Shown here in pieces: positions 30,817 through 41,527 of a DNA stretch of 64,000 bases (within the stretch, counting starts at the first letter, position 1; every line of letters begins with the position of its first letter). The notes beneath the pieces were generated by a model. The model saw nothing but the letters and a program-made list of their open reading frames with translations. It made no database searches and was not told the DNA's origin. Both the position numbers and the translations under genes were made by a program. This DNA comes from a virus (lineage: Duplodnaviria > Caudoviricetes): the IMG/VR virus record IMGVR_UViG_3300021387_001083, positions 20,634-84,633 of that record. One strand, given 5' to 3'.

Positions 30817-31058
30817 TGTTTTAAATTTTGTTTAAGTTGGTTTATTTTGTCATTTATATACCAGGCGGCTTTTTGAAAATCTTCGAGCTCTTTTTGTTGC
30901 TCAGACATTGAAGCGTCTTCTTTATGTCCTGCTCGTAAAAGATATTTTATCGCATTACCGGTATCAAAATCCAAATGCCTGGTAATATCAATAACTTCAA
31001 TGCCGCATTTCTCTTTTAACCAAGTATAATGTTTAGGATGATCTACATTATCATGCAT
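30813..31058 (-). CDS. DUF3310-like protein
   Basis: DNVDHPKHY...IEVID...FDTGNAIKYLLRAGHK...KAAWY signature. Confidence 0.8.
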   Translation of the reverse strand: MHDNVDHPKHYTWLKEKCGIEVIDITRHLDFDTGNAIKYLLRAGHKEDASMSEQQKELEDFQKAAWYINDKINQLKQNLKQ

Positions 31059-31090
31059 ATCTAAAATTAAATCTATAATTTAAGAAAAGT

Positions 31091-31906
31091 TTAAAGAATA
31101 TCAAGTTCACCATCATCCGTTAATATATAACATCTTGCTGTATCAATACAAGTCACATTGGTATTGTATGCTGTTAAAGCATTACCGAACTTATATTTTA
31201 CTGAGCCTTCTTGATATTCTACATCCAGTTGCATTGTATGGCCAACTATTTGATCATACGGCAACATATATTCTGGATGTTGTACAAATTCATAATAATC
31301 TGCCCATATTACAGATCCATAGTCAGATGTACCACCTCTAGCACACGAAATCGTTTTCAAAATATCACCAGCATCTTCTTTGGCGAAATTGTTACAAAAA
31401 CATTCCAAAATATTATTAATGCTTGAACATATCAATTCGTCGTCAGGTGATATTGTTGTTTCAAATATCGCATCGAGAGGTGAAATTCGATTGTTTGAAT
31501 AAAAAATTTTTACTTTGTCAAACCAAGGTTTTGTAATTCCTGCATGAGATATTAAAAAATGTTTGTCTTTTGTTTTTACTGATGTACATAACTTGAATTT
31601 ATATGTAGAAAACAAGTTTCTTAATGCAGCAGCATTAAGTGCATCTTTTCTACAATCACAAAATGACGGGTCAGCAAAATAAGTCATATCGTGATTACCA
31701 AGTAACAACATTACATTTTTAAACGTATAAGCTGTACTTAAGATGTTTCTGAAATTAAGTAACGAATCTCCAGTCAATATACCTTCATGTGGGTACGGAT
31801 CATGATAATCTCCTAAAAATATTGTAGGTATCCCTCTTTTTATATAAGGTATTGCTTTTGTCCAAAAAGTTCTACCGTGAACATCAGGTATAAGAATTGT
31901 AGGCAT
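31091..31906 (-). CDS. Calcineurin-like metallophosphoesterase
   Basis: PDVHGR, FLGDYHD, LLGNHD, SHAG and QIVGHT motifs. Confidence 0.85.
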   Translation of the reverse strand: MPTILIPDVHGRTFWTKAIPYIKRGIPTIFLGDYHDPYPHEGILTGDSLLNFRNILSTAYTFKNVMLLLGNHDMTYFADPSFCDCRKDALNAAALRNLFSTYKFKLCTSVKTKDKHFLISHAGITKPWFDKVKIFYSNNRISPLDAIFETTISPDDELICSSINNILECFCNNFAKEDAGDILKTISCARGGTSDYGSVIWADYYEFVQHPEYMLPYDQIVGHTMQLDVEYQEGSVKYKFGNALTAYNTNVTCIDTARCYILTDDGELDIL

Positions 31907-31907
31907 T

Positions 31908-32141
31908 TTAGTTAGAGTTTATTAAGTTTTCGACATCAGTATCTACGAAGAAAAAGCTTGAATGACTTCCGTAATCTATCATTGTTTGATTAGGAAGAGT
32001 CCCTATAAGTCTCATATAGGGACTTTCCACATTTCTTACTGCCAAAAAGTCATCTATAGCTTTAAAAACTTCTTTTTTGTCATTCACATCTGTCTTTACA
32101 ACAATTGTTTTATCAAATCTGTCTTTAAAAGTTATAGTCAT
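31908..32141 (-). CDS. Hypothetical protein
   Basis: 77-aa ORF tightly packed in the operon. Confidence 0.6.
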   Translation of the reverse strand: MTITFKDRFDKTIVVKTDVNDKKEVFKAIDDFLAVRNVESPYMRLIGTLPNQTMIDYGSHSSFFFVDTDVENLINSN

Positions 32142-34036
32142 TAGAATAGCGTTAATTGTATGTTTTCCAAATCATTTATTATTTTTTTACATTGTCCTAT
32201 ATAATACTGATAGTTAATGTTATCAGGCAATTTGTAATCTTTAGGTATAACATTCAACAACGTTACACCAAAATTTGAATTGACTTTTATTTGTTTTCCG
32301 GTATCTTTATCACGTTTGATAAGAAAGTCTCCATTTGTAGAATAATAAAATCTGTTGATATGATTTATATTCTGTTTGGTTCCAATATCTACAGCGAATT
32401 GTTTTCCTATTTTTTGATAAGATATAAAGTCATGTATGTCGTTGCATTCTTCTATCGTCTTTTCAACAGGAATTCCATCTGCGAAATATTTTATCAACGC
32501 TTTTGGTATTATAAGACAATCGAGTCCTTTACCAAGTTGTGGATAATCGATAAACATACCTTTAGTTTCGATAAGATCTTGGTTTTTGGTTTCAGAATAT
32601 CCTTTTTTTATTGCTATATAATCATTTACAGCGTATTGAATGAATTTTTCATACTGATCGTCTTCAAAAACAAGTCTGCTGATTTTTTCGAATTCTGTTT
32701 TAGTATTTTGATATTCAGTATATTTATCTTTTTTTAAAATCATATAAAGTCCGTCAGTATTATATTGAATTACCCTACAGTCTGTAGTATCTATCAAACG
32801 TTCTGCGAGCATTAACAATATAAGCTGACCATTCATTCGGATTCGCATTACGTCTTCAGGGCTATATAACCAGCTATGTTGACTTTGCATAAGGCCTGTT
32901 ACCGCATTTAATGCCAGTTTTAAGGTCTTGTCTTTCAATTTGTTACCATTATGTTTAGCTTCAATACGTTCTTTTTTAATATTACTATAAGTCGTTAAAA
33001 ACTCTTTACCTAAATGTTTTGGTATAAGCCCCCACTCAATCAACAATGTCGGATATAGCGACGCAGCGTCGACGTGAAGAAGATATTCATCATTTTTTGG
33101 TATTATTATTTCCGGAGTATTTTGGCTGTGTAAACCTCCGACACCAATAGATATGACTGTACCATGAAATAAAAATTTCTTGTTCCATCCATCTATTCCA
33201 GGACTTACAATCAGAGTTTTCATTTCTTTGAGAAGCTCTTGCAATACAGGTGTCTTAAACTCTACAATAGGTAATATTACTTTATTGAGTTCAACCATGT
33301 CACAAGGACTTCTCAAATCTTTGATGTCATCCCAAGTTTTACCAGTATCTTGTAGATATTTTGTTTTAAGTATCTCTTTACCGATAGACACTCCATCCAT
33401 AGAGAGTACATCAACACCATATTCTTCTTCAATACCAAGTCTTAAATCAATGTCTTTTTTACATCTGTCGAGTAATTCGACAGTGTTCATTACATCATGT
33501 AAATTATACTCAAGTACTCTGTCAATATCACTTTCTTTGACTGGTTTGTTGAAATCGCCTTCAAATTCATCAACATTTTCGACTTGCATTGTCACTTCCA
33601 TCTCTTTCAGTCCTACCCTAAGTTTTGATGAAAACAACATTGTAAGTAAATCCATTGATTTGAAGTTGTTGGCATATTTCCATTTTTTCCAGCCATCAGT
33701 TGTTTCTGAATTAACTATCAAATTACTGAGATTAAAAATCTCTTTCGTTATGATTTTCCAATCATAAAAATCATTTTGCCAAACGTTAAATTTGTCAATG
33801 ATGAAATTTATGATTGGATCGTCATAATGTTTGTTATTATACCCACACCATAGAAACTTCTTGCAATCTATAAAACTGTATTTAATGTCTTTTAAAGTCT
33901 TATGATAATCAACTCTTTCAGATATTTCAAAAACAAGTTTTTGATTTCGTTCCGTATGATAACAGGTACAGGTAAATAAATTAGGAAAACATTCTATATC
34001 ATATACAACAACAGGTAAATTCTTAATTAACATCAA
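32141..34036 (-). CDS. polB: Family B DNA polymerase
   Basis: Exonuclease YDIECF and GYNNKHYD. Polymerase motifs DAASLYPT, KLALNAVTG and YNTDG. Confidence 0.9.
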   Translation of the reverse strand: MMLIKNLPVVVYDIECFPNLFTCTCYHTERNQKLVFEISERVDYHKTLKDIKYSFIDCKKFLWCGYNNKHYDDPIINFIIDKFNVWQNDFYDWKIITKEIFNLSNLIVNSETTDGWKKWKYANNFKSMDLLTMLFSSKLRVGLKEMEVTMQVENVDEFEGDFNKPVKESDIDRVLEYNLHDVMNTVELLDRCKKDIDLRLGIEEEYGVDVLSMDGVSIGKEILKTKYLQDTGKTWDDIKDLRSPCDMVELNKVILPIVEFKTPVLQELLKEMKTLIVSPGIDGWNKKFLFHGTVISIGVGGLHSQNTPEIIIPKNDEYLLHVDAASLYPTLLIEWGLIPKHLGKEFLTTYSNIKKERIEAKHNGNKLKDKTLKLALNAVTGLMQSQHSWLYSPEDVMRIRMNGQLILLMLAERLIDTTDCRVIQYNTDGLYMILKKDKYTEYQNTKTEFEKISRLVFEDDQYEKFIQYAVNDYIAIKKGYSETKNQDLIETKGMFIDYPQLGKGLDCLIIPKALIKYFADGIPVEKTIEECNDIHDFISYQKIGKQFAVDIGTKQNINHINRFYYSTNGDFLIKRDKDTGKQIKVNSNFGVTLLNVIPKDYKLPDNINYQYYIGQCKKIINDLENIQLTLF

Positions 34037-34376
34037 TCTGTTCTTTAAGAATTAGAAATATTCTAGTATGATGTTCAATTCCTTCACTTTCTTTAAATAT
34101 AATGTCTTGAATCTTTAAAGTCGTATTCGGAATAGTTTCCCCTTGTACAAGAGTCGGTCCTCCTTTAGGATGCACAAAACGTAAACCATTTTCATTCTTG
34201 CCTCTTTTTACAAAAGACCAATCGTTGGTATACAACTCAAATACAAGAGATGTCCTGCCTTCCATTGATTTAAGTTTTTTTAAATAATGAAAGTAGTTTG
34301 GAGTCTTTTTTATCACTAGAATGTCTTGCATAAAATGATTTGTTATTATAGTCGATAATATAGTTATGAGCATCAA
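34023..34376 (-). CDS. Hypothetical protein (true start probably downstream)
   Basis: Fills the gap between the protease and PolB genes. The annotated 5' part overlaps the protease gene. Confidence 0.45.
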   Translation of the reverse strand: MMLITILSTIITNHFMQDILVIKKTPNYFHYLKKLKSMEGRTSLVFELYTNDWSFVKRGKNENGLRFVHPKGGPTLVQGETIPNTTLKIQDIIFKESEGIEHHTRIFLILKEQIDVN

Positions 34377-34833
34377 AGAAGTTACTGCCTAAAAGTCCAT
34401 GTATTGATACACCTGTATCTTTCTTTATTATACCAAATGTTTCTGTGAAATCATTTAATATAAAAGAATCAGACATCTGAATACCATTACATTGGAATTC
34501 TATATCTTCTATGGATTTACTTCCAACTTCTCCAGCAATACCGACAACTTTCTTTGTTTTTTGATTATGATGTTTTTTGAACAAAGTGTTATAAACATTT
34601 TTGTCAATGTACGACATCACGCTACCAGTATCAAGAATCATGTTAAATGTCTTGTTCTGTATTACAATAGGTATTATCGGTAAACCTGTAAGTCTTAAAG
34701 CTTCGTTGAAAGAGACAGTATTTTTTACTTTTTCAAATTCATTTTTATAGAATTTGAAATGGCTGTGGTTGAATAACAGTAATCCAATTAAAACCAGTAT
34801 TATAATTCCAGTAATAATTGGAACTGCTGTCAT
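34270..34833 (-). CDS. Retropepsin-like aspartyl protease with N-terminal transmembrane helix
   Basis: Hydrophobic VPIITGIIILVLIGLLLF, catalytic MILDTGS, C-terminal GLLGSNFF. Confidence 0.8.
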   Translation of the reverse strand: MTAVPIITGIIILVLIGLLLFNHSHFKFYKNEFEKVKNTVSFNEALRLTGLPIIPIVIQNKTFNMILDTGSVMSYIDKNVYNTLFKKHHNQKTKKVVGIAGEVGSKSIEDIEFQCNGIQMSDSFILNDFTETFGIIKKDTGVSIHGLLGSNFFDAHNYIIDYNNKSFYARHSSDKKDSKLLSLFKKT

Positions 34834-37097
34834 TCGTCTATATCAGTTTGTTGTACATAAGATAACATACACACAGAATATCCACACGAAGAACAATGCT
34901 TACAGCCACCTTCGTTGATTATAGGACTTCCACATTCTGGACAGATTTCTGCCGAAGCTTCTTCTGTAGAATTGTATTTGTTGAGTACTCTTATCATTGC
35001 TGCGGTAAAAGTACTAATCATTGGATTTGTCTTTTTAAGAGTTTTTACAATATATTTTATATCGGCTCCATGTCTTAAACCCAACGAAGCCAGTAATGTA
35101 GCAACTCTTTCGGGACTTTCCTCATCAATTATGGCAATATTGCTGTCATACTTAAGTCCGATATAATCATCATCTTTACAGTCAGAAGTCCAAGTGTATA
35201 CACCTTTCTTTACTTTTGTAATAACACCTTTTCCAAAAGCTACCTTTGTTTTCTCATCTGTGGCTTTGGCAAAAATTTCATATGGTTTACCCTCATAAAG
35301 GCCTATGAAAATATTAAAAAGCTGCTTGTTTGCTACGACTTGATACCATTCAGCTTCAAGTGTTTTAGGTCTTTTTGGAGCTTGTCTGCCAGATTCCATT
35401 TTTGTAGTGCTGTTTGTAGACAAGATTGCATCTCTACTACCGTCAACATAAATAGTCATACCTTTACAACCAAGAGACCAAGCATTAAGATATAAATCTT
35501 CTATTTGTTCTATCGTGGTTTCTTTTGGAAGATTTACAGTACTTGATATTGCAGTATCTACATGATTATTTATAGCTGCTTGTAATTTAACTCTTTGCTT
35601 GTATGGAATTTGTGCAGCAGTTATAAAATAATCTGGAACAGCTAAGGTATTTCCAAATTTATCATACCAATCTTGCAATGTTTTGACATGTACAGTATAT
35701 TCTGTATCTTTGCCATTCAAAGAAACAGTTCTTCTGACATAGCTTGTTGCAAACCAAGGCTCAATTCCACCAGAAATATTCAACATTGTACCAATGCTTC
35801 CTGTAGGAGCTATACTTATCAATGTTGCGTTTCTAAGACAGTTCTTTTGTTTATAATAATTTATCTTTTCTGGTGCAACGTTTGTTTTGATAAATTCACT
35901 ATCCCATACTTCAGGGGAATAGCCAGGGAAACTACCTCTTTCTTCTGCAAGGTCTACACTTGCCGACAAGGCTTCATTGAAAATGAACTTTGTCAAGTCT
36001 GAAAGAAAAGAAATGCTTGCTTCAGAACCATAGACAAGTCCTAATGTTGCAAACATATCTGCAACACCCATAAAACCAATGCCTATATTTCTCCATTTCA
36101 AAGAGGCTTCTTTCTGTTCAGTCAATGCATGGTTGCCCTTATTCTCATCGATAAGATCATCCATAGCTTTGACAATGACTGCAATATCTTTCGACAACTG
36201 CTGTCTGTCTACATAAGCAGTAGATTCGAATGGATTTACAACATATTCTAACAGATTGATACTGCATAAATTACAGCAACCATGCTTAGGTAAAGGTTGT
36301 TCGCCACATGGATTAGTAGTCTCAATTTTATATTCAGGAATCAGTTCCATCATATTATAGTTACGAAGCCTGTTTACATAAAGAATACCTGGTTCTGCAT
36401 GATTTCTTGCATACTCACATATCTTTTTGTAAACATCTATTGGACAGACTTCATATTCAACAATATGACCAGAATAATTGCGTTTTACAGTAACTGTCTC
36501 TTTAATTCCCTCAATGTAATATTTCTGGACATACGTCATAAATTCATCATCAATCTCTACAGATAAATTACAATTGTTTATCTTGTTATTGTTGGATTTT
36601 ACTGTAATGAAATCGAGTATGTCTTTATGCCAGACATCAAGAGAAACCATCAATGCACCGCGTCTTGCGTTACCTTGGCTTATAGCACCCGTAGTGGTGT
36701 TAAACATCTCCAAGAACGGCAATATGCCATCCGAAGTGTAATTTTTATTTATTGGTGTCCCTTTAGGTCTTATGTGAGATAAAGATACACCTTGTCCACC
36801 TTGGGCCTGAAATGTTTTAGCAATCTGTGTGTTTGTAAGTAGTATATCATCCAAAGAATCTTCAACAAAACCTCTGGAATAACAATTAGAGTTAGTACCT
36901 TGATTAAGGCCTCTGTTTGCAAGAGTTCGTCCGCCGAAAAGAAATTTTCTCTTTTTTATAAGAGCTTTAACTTCTTTATTTTTGCCTGATACTCTATCAA
37001 GCCATTCATCAAAGCTTTCTTCTTTGTATCGATATTTCCTTTTCCAAATATCAATACCAAGTACATTATCATTTCTTAACCATTCTTCTATGGTCAT
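34830..37097 (-). CDS. nrdJ: Class II (adenosylcobalamin-dependent) ribonucleotide reductase
   Basis: FLFGGR, GGQGVSLS.IRP, TNPCGEQPL, CNLCSINL, IAPTGSIG and C-terminal CPECG..EGGC..C..CG. No small-subunit gene nearby. Confidence 0.9.
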   Translation of the reverse strand: MTIEEWLRNDNVLGIDIWKRKYRYKEESFDEWLDRVSGKNKEVKALIKKRKFLFGGRTLANRGLNQGTNSNCYSRGFVEDSLDDILLTNTQIAKTFQAQGGQGVSLSHIRPKGTPINKNYTSDGILPFLEMFNTTTGAISQGNARRGALMVSLDVWHKDILDFITVKSNNNKINNCNLSVEIDDEFMTYVQKYYIEGIKETVTVKRNYSGHIVEYEVCPIDVYKKICEYARNHAEPGILYVNRLRNYNMMELIPEYKIETTNPCGEQPLPKHGCCNLCSINLLEYVVNPFESTAYVDRQQLSKDIAVIVKAMDDLIDENKGNHALTEQKEASLKWRNIGIGFMGVADMFATLGLVYGSEASISFLSDLTKFIFNEALSASVDLAEERGSFPGYSPEVWDSEFIKTNVAPEKINYYKQKNCLRNATLISIAPTGSIGTMLNISGGIEPWFATSYVRRTVSLNGKDTEYTVHVKTLQDWYDKFGNTLAVPDYFITAAQIPYKQRVKLQAAINNHVDTAISSTVNLPKETTIEQIEDLYLNAWSLGCKGMTIYVDGSRDAILSTNSTTKMESGRQAPKRPKTLEAEWYQVVANKQLFNIFIGLYEGKPYEIFAKATDEKTKVAFGKGVITKVKKGVYTWTSDCKDDDYIGLKYDSNIAIIDEESPERVATLLASLGLRHGADIKYIVKTLKKTNPMISTFTAAMIRVLNKYNSTEEASAEICPECGSPIINEGGCKHCSSCGYSVCMLSYVQQTDIDE

Positions 37098-37103
37098 TAA
37101 AAA

Positions 37104-38174
37104 TTACAATTTATTTAAATAATTTGTTAGATTGTTTGGTTCAGTGACACTTATACCTTTGGGTACCAATGGCTTATTTTCAATATAATATTTCAACTCC
37201 AATGCTACATCTTCAGGATCTTTAAAGATAAATTTCTGTGTTTCACCATATTCAAGTGTACCATATTCAAAACAGTCGTCAAATTGCCATATCAATGGTA
37301 TCATTGAAAATTTGCCTATAACGATAAATTGAAACGGTAATATTTTGAAAGATTTGAAATAGTCTGAGTTTTTTATGACTTCTTTCAATATTCTTACATA
37401 AAGTCTTGCTTGCATATGATAGTTGTACTTGTTTACAGATTTATAGAAATTCCATTCATATTCGGAAGATGTTTTTAAGTCAGCTATTTGTATTGTCTTG
37501 TTATAATGGTCAACAATAACACAATCAAACATTCCTTTATATTCTATTCCTTTAAGGAATGCTGTAAATTTAAGCTGATAAAACTTATCTATACCTGTTT
37601 CAATGGATTTGTTGAAATAGAATTTCGTAGTATTCGACTCTTTAAGTTTATAGTAAACCTCCATGACTTTTTGATAAAAATCAGGATCCAGAAGTTTCCT
37701 ATCTCCCACAGTTCTTAAAAAGTCAAAATAATCCGATCCTTGAGTTATTATTTTTTCATATCTCGTAAGATCTTTCCAATTTGGTTGCCATTGAAATGCA
37801 TCACAAGTATCTATGATGTCATCCAAAGAGATGTCTGGAAGCCGTACATTTGAATTTTTCTTTGATTCAATTGTATATAAAGCTTCAACAATATTCTTTA
37901 CTGTTTCTGAAACTTTTTTGAAATCAGCAACAATAAACTTTTTGTTAAAAGCATCAATACCTTCTGTGATAAGACAATCTACAGCAGCACCAAACGATAG
38001 ACTTTCAGTATTTACATGCTCTTTTAAAGAATCTAATTTTTCAAAGCCTTCTCTGTTGAACTTCGAAATCATACTGAAATCCATAGCTGGGTATTTTCGA
38101 TATTCTTCTTCAGTCCAGTCTTTAGCCAGAGAAGACAGATCAGTATTCACACTCGTCGTCATCATCGTCTCCAT
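37104..38174 (-). CDS. PD-(D/E)xK (RecB-like) exonuclease
   Basis: LSFGAAVDCL, KGMFDCVIVDH..IQIADLKTS, YHMQARLY. Confidence 0.8.
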   Translation of the reverse strand: METMMTTSVNTDLSSLAKDWTEEEYRKYPAMDFSMISKFNREGFEKLDSLKEHVNTESLSFGAAVDCLITEGIDAFNKKFIVADFKKVSETVKNIVEALYTIESKKNSNVRLPDISLDDIIDTCDAFQWQPNWKDLTRYEKIITQGSDYFDFLRTVGDRKLLDPDFYQKVMEVYYKLKESNTTKFYFNKSIETGIDKFYQLKFTAFLKGIEYKGMFDCVIVDHYNKTIQIADLKTSSEYEWNFYKSVNKYNYHMQARLYVRILKEVIKNSDYFKSFKILPFQFIVIGKFSMIPLIWQFDDCFEYGTLEYGETQKFIFKDPEDVALELKYYIENKPLVPKGISVTEPNNLTNYLNKL

Positions 38175-38421
38175 AAATAAGTTGTTCCTTTACATTAGCA
38201 CAAGCTAAATTTGCTATAAGTTGATGAAAAGAACGATAATAAGGATTCTCCCAAGGATCTTTATCCGTGTCTTTTAATATCTTATATATTTCACCCTGTT
38301 TTATTCTGGCTATTGTTTCGGCTTCTGCATAACGTTTTTCTACAATACAAGTCTTCAGTTTGTCATAATCTTGCATTGTAACAGCAGGTTTTAAAGCCTC
38401 AAGTATTTCCAACGTAGTCAT
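38140..38421 (-). CDS. Hypothetical protein
   Basis: 93-aa ORF with acidic C-terminus, coupled to its neighbours. Confidence 0.6.
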   Translation of the reverse strand: MTTLEILEALKPAVTMQDYDKLKTCIVEKRYAEAETIARIKQGEIYKILKDTDKDPWENPYYRSFHQLIANLACANVKEQLIYGDDDDDECEY

Positions 38422-38858
38422 TGTAATTGTTTTAAATGTTTAACAAATTCTGTAACTTCTGATATAGAATTTATTCTTAAAATGATATAGCGTTCTTTAT
38501 CTTCAAATTTTTCAAACAGTTTCCTGAAAAGTTTGAATTTATAAGGAAAGACATCATTTTCAAAACCCTTGACTTCAATAATAATCTTGTAATTGTTATA
38601 CTCTATGATAAAATCAGGAGTATATGTCCAATCACGCAATTTTGCAGAGTTGTTTTTGAAACAGTGTTTTTTCTTGTTATAAACCCAAAAAGGCACTGTA
38701 GGTTTAAACCCTTCAAACAATAAAAAAGTCTGAGCTTCATATTTTGGTTGAAACCCAGACTCTTTCAATTTTTCATAGACTTTTTTTTCAAGAATGCTTT
38801 TGAATTGAATTCCGTCAAAAAAAGTCATAGTAGCATTTTTGATCTTTTTGTTTATCAC
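38418..38858 (-). CDS. PD-(D/E)xK endonuclease (DUF1064/resolvase-like)
   Basis: DGIQFKSILE, YTPDFII, IIEVKG. Confidence 0.8.
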   Translation of the reverse strand: MINKKIKNATMTFFDGIQFKSILEKKVYEKLKESGFQPKYEAQTFLLFEGFKPTVPFWVYNKKKHCFKNNSAKLRDWTYTPDFIIEYNNYKIIIEVKGFENDVFPYKFKLFRKLFEKFEDKERYIILRINSISEVTEFVKHLKQLQ

Positions 38859-40105
38859 GAGTAAGTTATAAAATCACTAAGCATAATATTGTCTTCTATG
38901 GTTGTATCACTGCCTGCAAAATCTTCATTGATTTTCTGCATTTGCGAAACATAATAGAGTTCTGTGATACGTTCTTTCATGTATGTGCTTTGTTTATACT
39001 GGTATATTTCGTCGCATATTGCATGAAAATAAGGTGTTGCAATTTCTCTATGTCTGATTTTATCACGTAATGTATCAATATCAACAGGACCAAATTTCTT
39101 GGTTAAAACTTCTGCATATTGAAGCAATGCATTAAGCAACATAATCCAAGTGCAGACTTTCGTAAAATTATACGTAGGTCTTAAGAATCGAAATTCTATT
39201 GTTTTCGGAGATTTATAACAAAGAATATTTATAAAATTGATCCAATAATATCTTGTATTGATTTGCCATTTTCTATTGTGTTCGATATCATTGGGATGAT
39301 TTTGATAAAGATCTCCAAAGAAGTTATTACCAACAAAGTAGTTGTAGAATTGTTCGAATGTTTTAAGTTCTTCTGCGCTTGGCAATGATCTGCAATAACT
39401 TTTCCCATTCTTCTTATAGTTCTCCGTATTGAACACATATTTGTTGGTTAATTTTTCGATTTCTCCTTTTTCTTGAAGCCAATAACATAATGTATACAAT
39501 GTGAATATATAATCAGGTTCAACAGGAAAACCACCGAAATGGATATGAAGTGCACATTCTTTATTATAGGCTGTATATTTTCGTAGAAGATTCAATTGCT
39601 GTTTCACTAAATTCAAACCTCTACTTTTAGCCAGCACTATAGTGGAATATTCGTTTCCTGAAATAGAACCATCTCTAAGAGGAATAAGACCACTTAAAAA
39701 ACATTGGTCTTCAGGAATGCAACCCATTGAGGTTTCATATTCAAGACCAAATGTGTATTTAAGTTTCCCAGAACCTATGAATTTATAATTCGTCGTAGGT
39801 TCTTCTTTGCCATTAAAGATGTTGAAGTGGTCTACTGCTTCATATACCTGTTCAAACCTATATGGATATACATGTGTACCTTTATATACAGTATGTCTTA
39901 AAATATCGGATTTTAAAAATTTGTTTTTCAAATAATACCGACCTGATATAGTAGAGAAAAACACAATATTTTTTACGGCTTCATAACTGTCTGCTATATA
40001 AACTACTTCATCAAAATTGTCACAGATTTCAATATGTTTATATTCAGGCTCTTTTAAAATACCAAATACTGGTTGATCATCTTGTGTATTTACTATACCT
40101 CTCAT
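38855..40105 (-). CDS. Putative amidoligase (glutamine synthetase/glutamate-cysteine ligase fold)
   Basis: FGLEYET, RDGSISGNEYST, CALHIHFG, RYYWINF and TIEFRF motifs. Confidence 0.8.
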   Translation of the reverse strand: MRGIVNTQDDQPVFGILKEPEYKHIEICDNFDEVVYIADSYEAVKNIVFFSTISGRYYLKNKFLKSDILRHTVYKGTHVYPYRFEQVYEAVDHFNIFNGKEEPTTNYKFIGSGKLKYTFGLEYETSMGCIPEDQCFLSGLIPLRDGSISGNEYSTIVLAKSRGLNLVKQQLNLLRKYTAYNKECALHIHFGGFPVEPDYIFTLYTLCYWLQEKGEIEKLTNKYVFNTENYKKNGKSYCRSLPSAEELKTFEQFYNYFVGNNFFGDLYQNHPNDIEHNRKWQINTRYYWINFINILCYKSPKTIEFRFLRPTYNFTKVCTWIMLLNALLQYAEVLTKKFGPVDIDTLRDKIRHREIATPYFHAICDEIYQYKQSTYMKERITELYYVSQMQKINEDFAGSDTTIEDNIMLSDFITYS

Positions 40106-41526
40106 CCCAAATAAAATTTTCTTAATTCACCAAATTGTATTCTGTCTTTTTTATTCCAAATAGCTTTGAAATCATTTTCTGTAGAACAACGTGTCCATTC
40201 ATTAATCACCTTGCCTTCGGAAATGGTGTATTGTTTTCCGCTGAGAACTTTGTGAAGGACACCTGAATATATCGTCTGATCAAATACATCACCGACAACA
40301 AAAGGTGATTCTGGCTCAGTAGAATCTTCTCTTAAAGGATAAGCCGAAAGATAATACAACAAATCCGGATATGCGTAGATAAAATCATCAAGATTCACAT
40401 TAGACTTTTTTCTTAATGCGTTAAGAAAATTGAAACAATTTTTGTTTTTCAACAAAATACCGTCCCAAAAATGCAATTCATACAAAATATCTTTCGTTGA
40501 ATCAGCATGAAGTCTTCCAAATTTGTTAACCGAATACGTTCCAGTGACATTCTTACCATCCATTATATACCTATCACGTCTATTAGCATAATAAATATAT
40601 TGTTTGGTATTTGTTTCGTTGTAGGAACTTATTAAACCAGAAGATTCAGGGAATACATCATCGTCATCGTCATCATACCAATCATAGTGTGGTTTAACGA
40701 TTGCTTTTGTTGGAGTAGTTTGTTTTGATGACGAGTAATAAGATGAATAATTTTCATAGCCATTTGTAAACCTATATTGTCCTGACTGACTTACAGAACT
40801 TCTGTCATATTCTCGTATGCAATATAATTCAGAATTCTTTAATTCAATAAGTATATTTGAAGTTATAGTGTTTACCGTAGCATTAGGTTTAAAAGCCTTA
40901 AAGTATGTAGGTATTGAAGAAAAGACAAAACTCTTGTTGATATAAGTAAAATAGAAAGGTCTTTCTTCTTTAACATCGGAATTAGTATATTCATATTCTC
41001 TAGAACTGCCCCGAAACATCAATATCTTTGTAGGATTTGAGCGATAGTCGACAATGAAAAACACAGATCCTCCATAATATTCAGATAAACAATCATAACC
41101 AGCATTATAGAAAATATTGGCCATGACTTGGGAATCTGTCATACCTGTGATATCAATATTGGGGATGTATTTTTTTGCCAATTCACCATAATTATAGATC
41201 GTTCCATTATGTATAACTACAAAATCAGGCTTATTGTTCTTATATATAACTACAGGTTGTGCGGTTTTTTTAGAGACAGAACCTACGGAAGCTTTTCTGC
41301 AATGGCCAAGTGCAATAGTTGAAAATTTGGTATTTTTTAGAATTTTACTTGTTTGCAGAAAATCATAGAAATATTTCTCTTTCTCAGTTCCGTATTCTAA
41401 AGCGCCATCTATGAACACACCACAAGAGTCGCCTCCACGTGCATCATTCAATATGCCAAGAACATTAAATAATTCGTTATTGAATGGTTGTTTTTTAGCA
41501 TTTATAATTCCAAATATTCCACACAT
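40102..41526 (-). CDS. Class II (Ntn) glutamine amidotransferase
   Basis: N-terminal MCGIFG, RGGDSCG, LGHCRKAS, HNGTI and TDSQV. Confidence 0.85.
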   Translation of the reverse strand: MCGIFGIINAKKQPFNNELFNVLGILNDARGGDSCGVFIDGALEYGTEKEKYFYDFLQTSKILKNTKFSTIALGHCRKASVGSVSKKTAQPVVIYKNNKPDFVVIHNGTIYNYGELAKKYIPNIDITGMTDSQVMANIFYNAGYDCLSEYYGGSVFFIVDYRSNPTKILMFRGSSREYEYTNSDVKEERPFYFTYINKSFVFSSIPTYFKAFKPNATVNTITSNILIELKNSELYCIREYDRSSVSQSGQYRFTNGYENYSSYYSSSKQTTPTKAIVKPHYDWYDDDDDDVFPESSGLISSYNETNTKQYIYYANRRDRYIMDGKNVTGTYSVNKFGRLHADSTKDILYELHFWDGILLKNKNCFNFLNALRKKSNVNLDDFIYAYPDLLYYLSAYPLREDSTEPESPFVVGDVFDQTIYSGVLHKVLSGKQYTISEGKVINEWTRCSTENDFKAIWNKKDRIQFGELRKFYLG

Positions 41527-41527
41527 C

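Noticed and set aside
32141-37097. Inteins or introns in PolB and RNR
   Set aside because: Both have normal lengths and contiguous motifs, with no intein splice or homing-endonuclease signatures.
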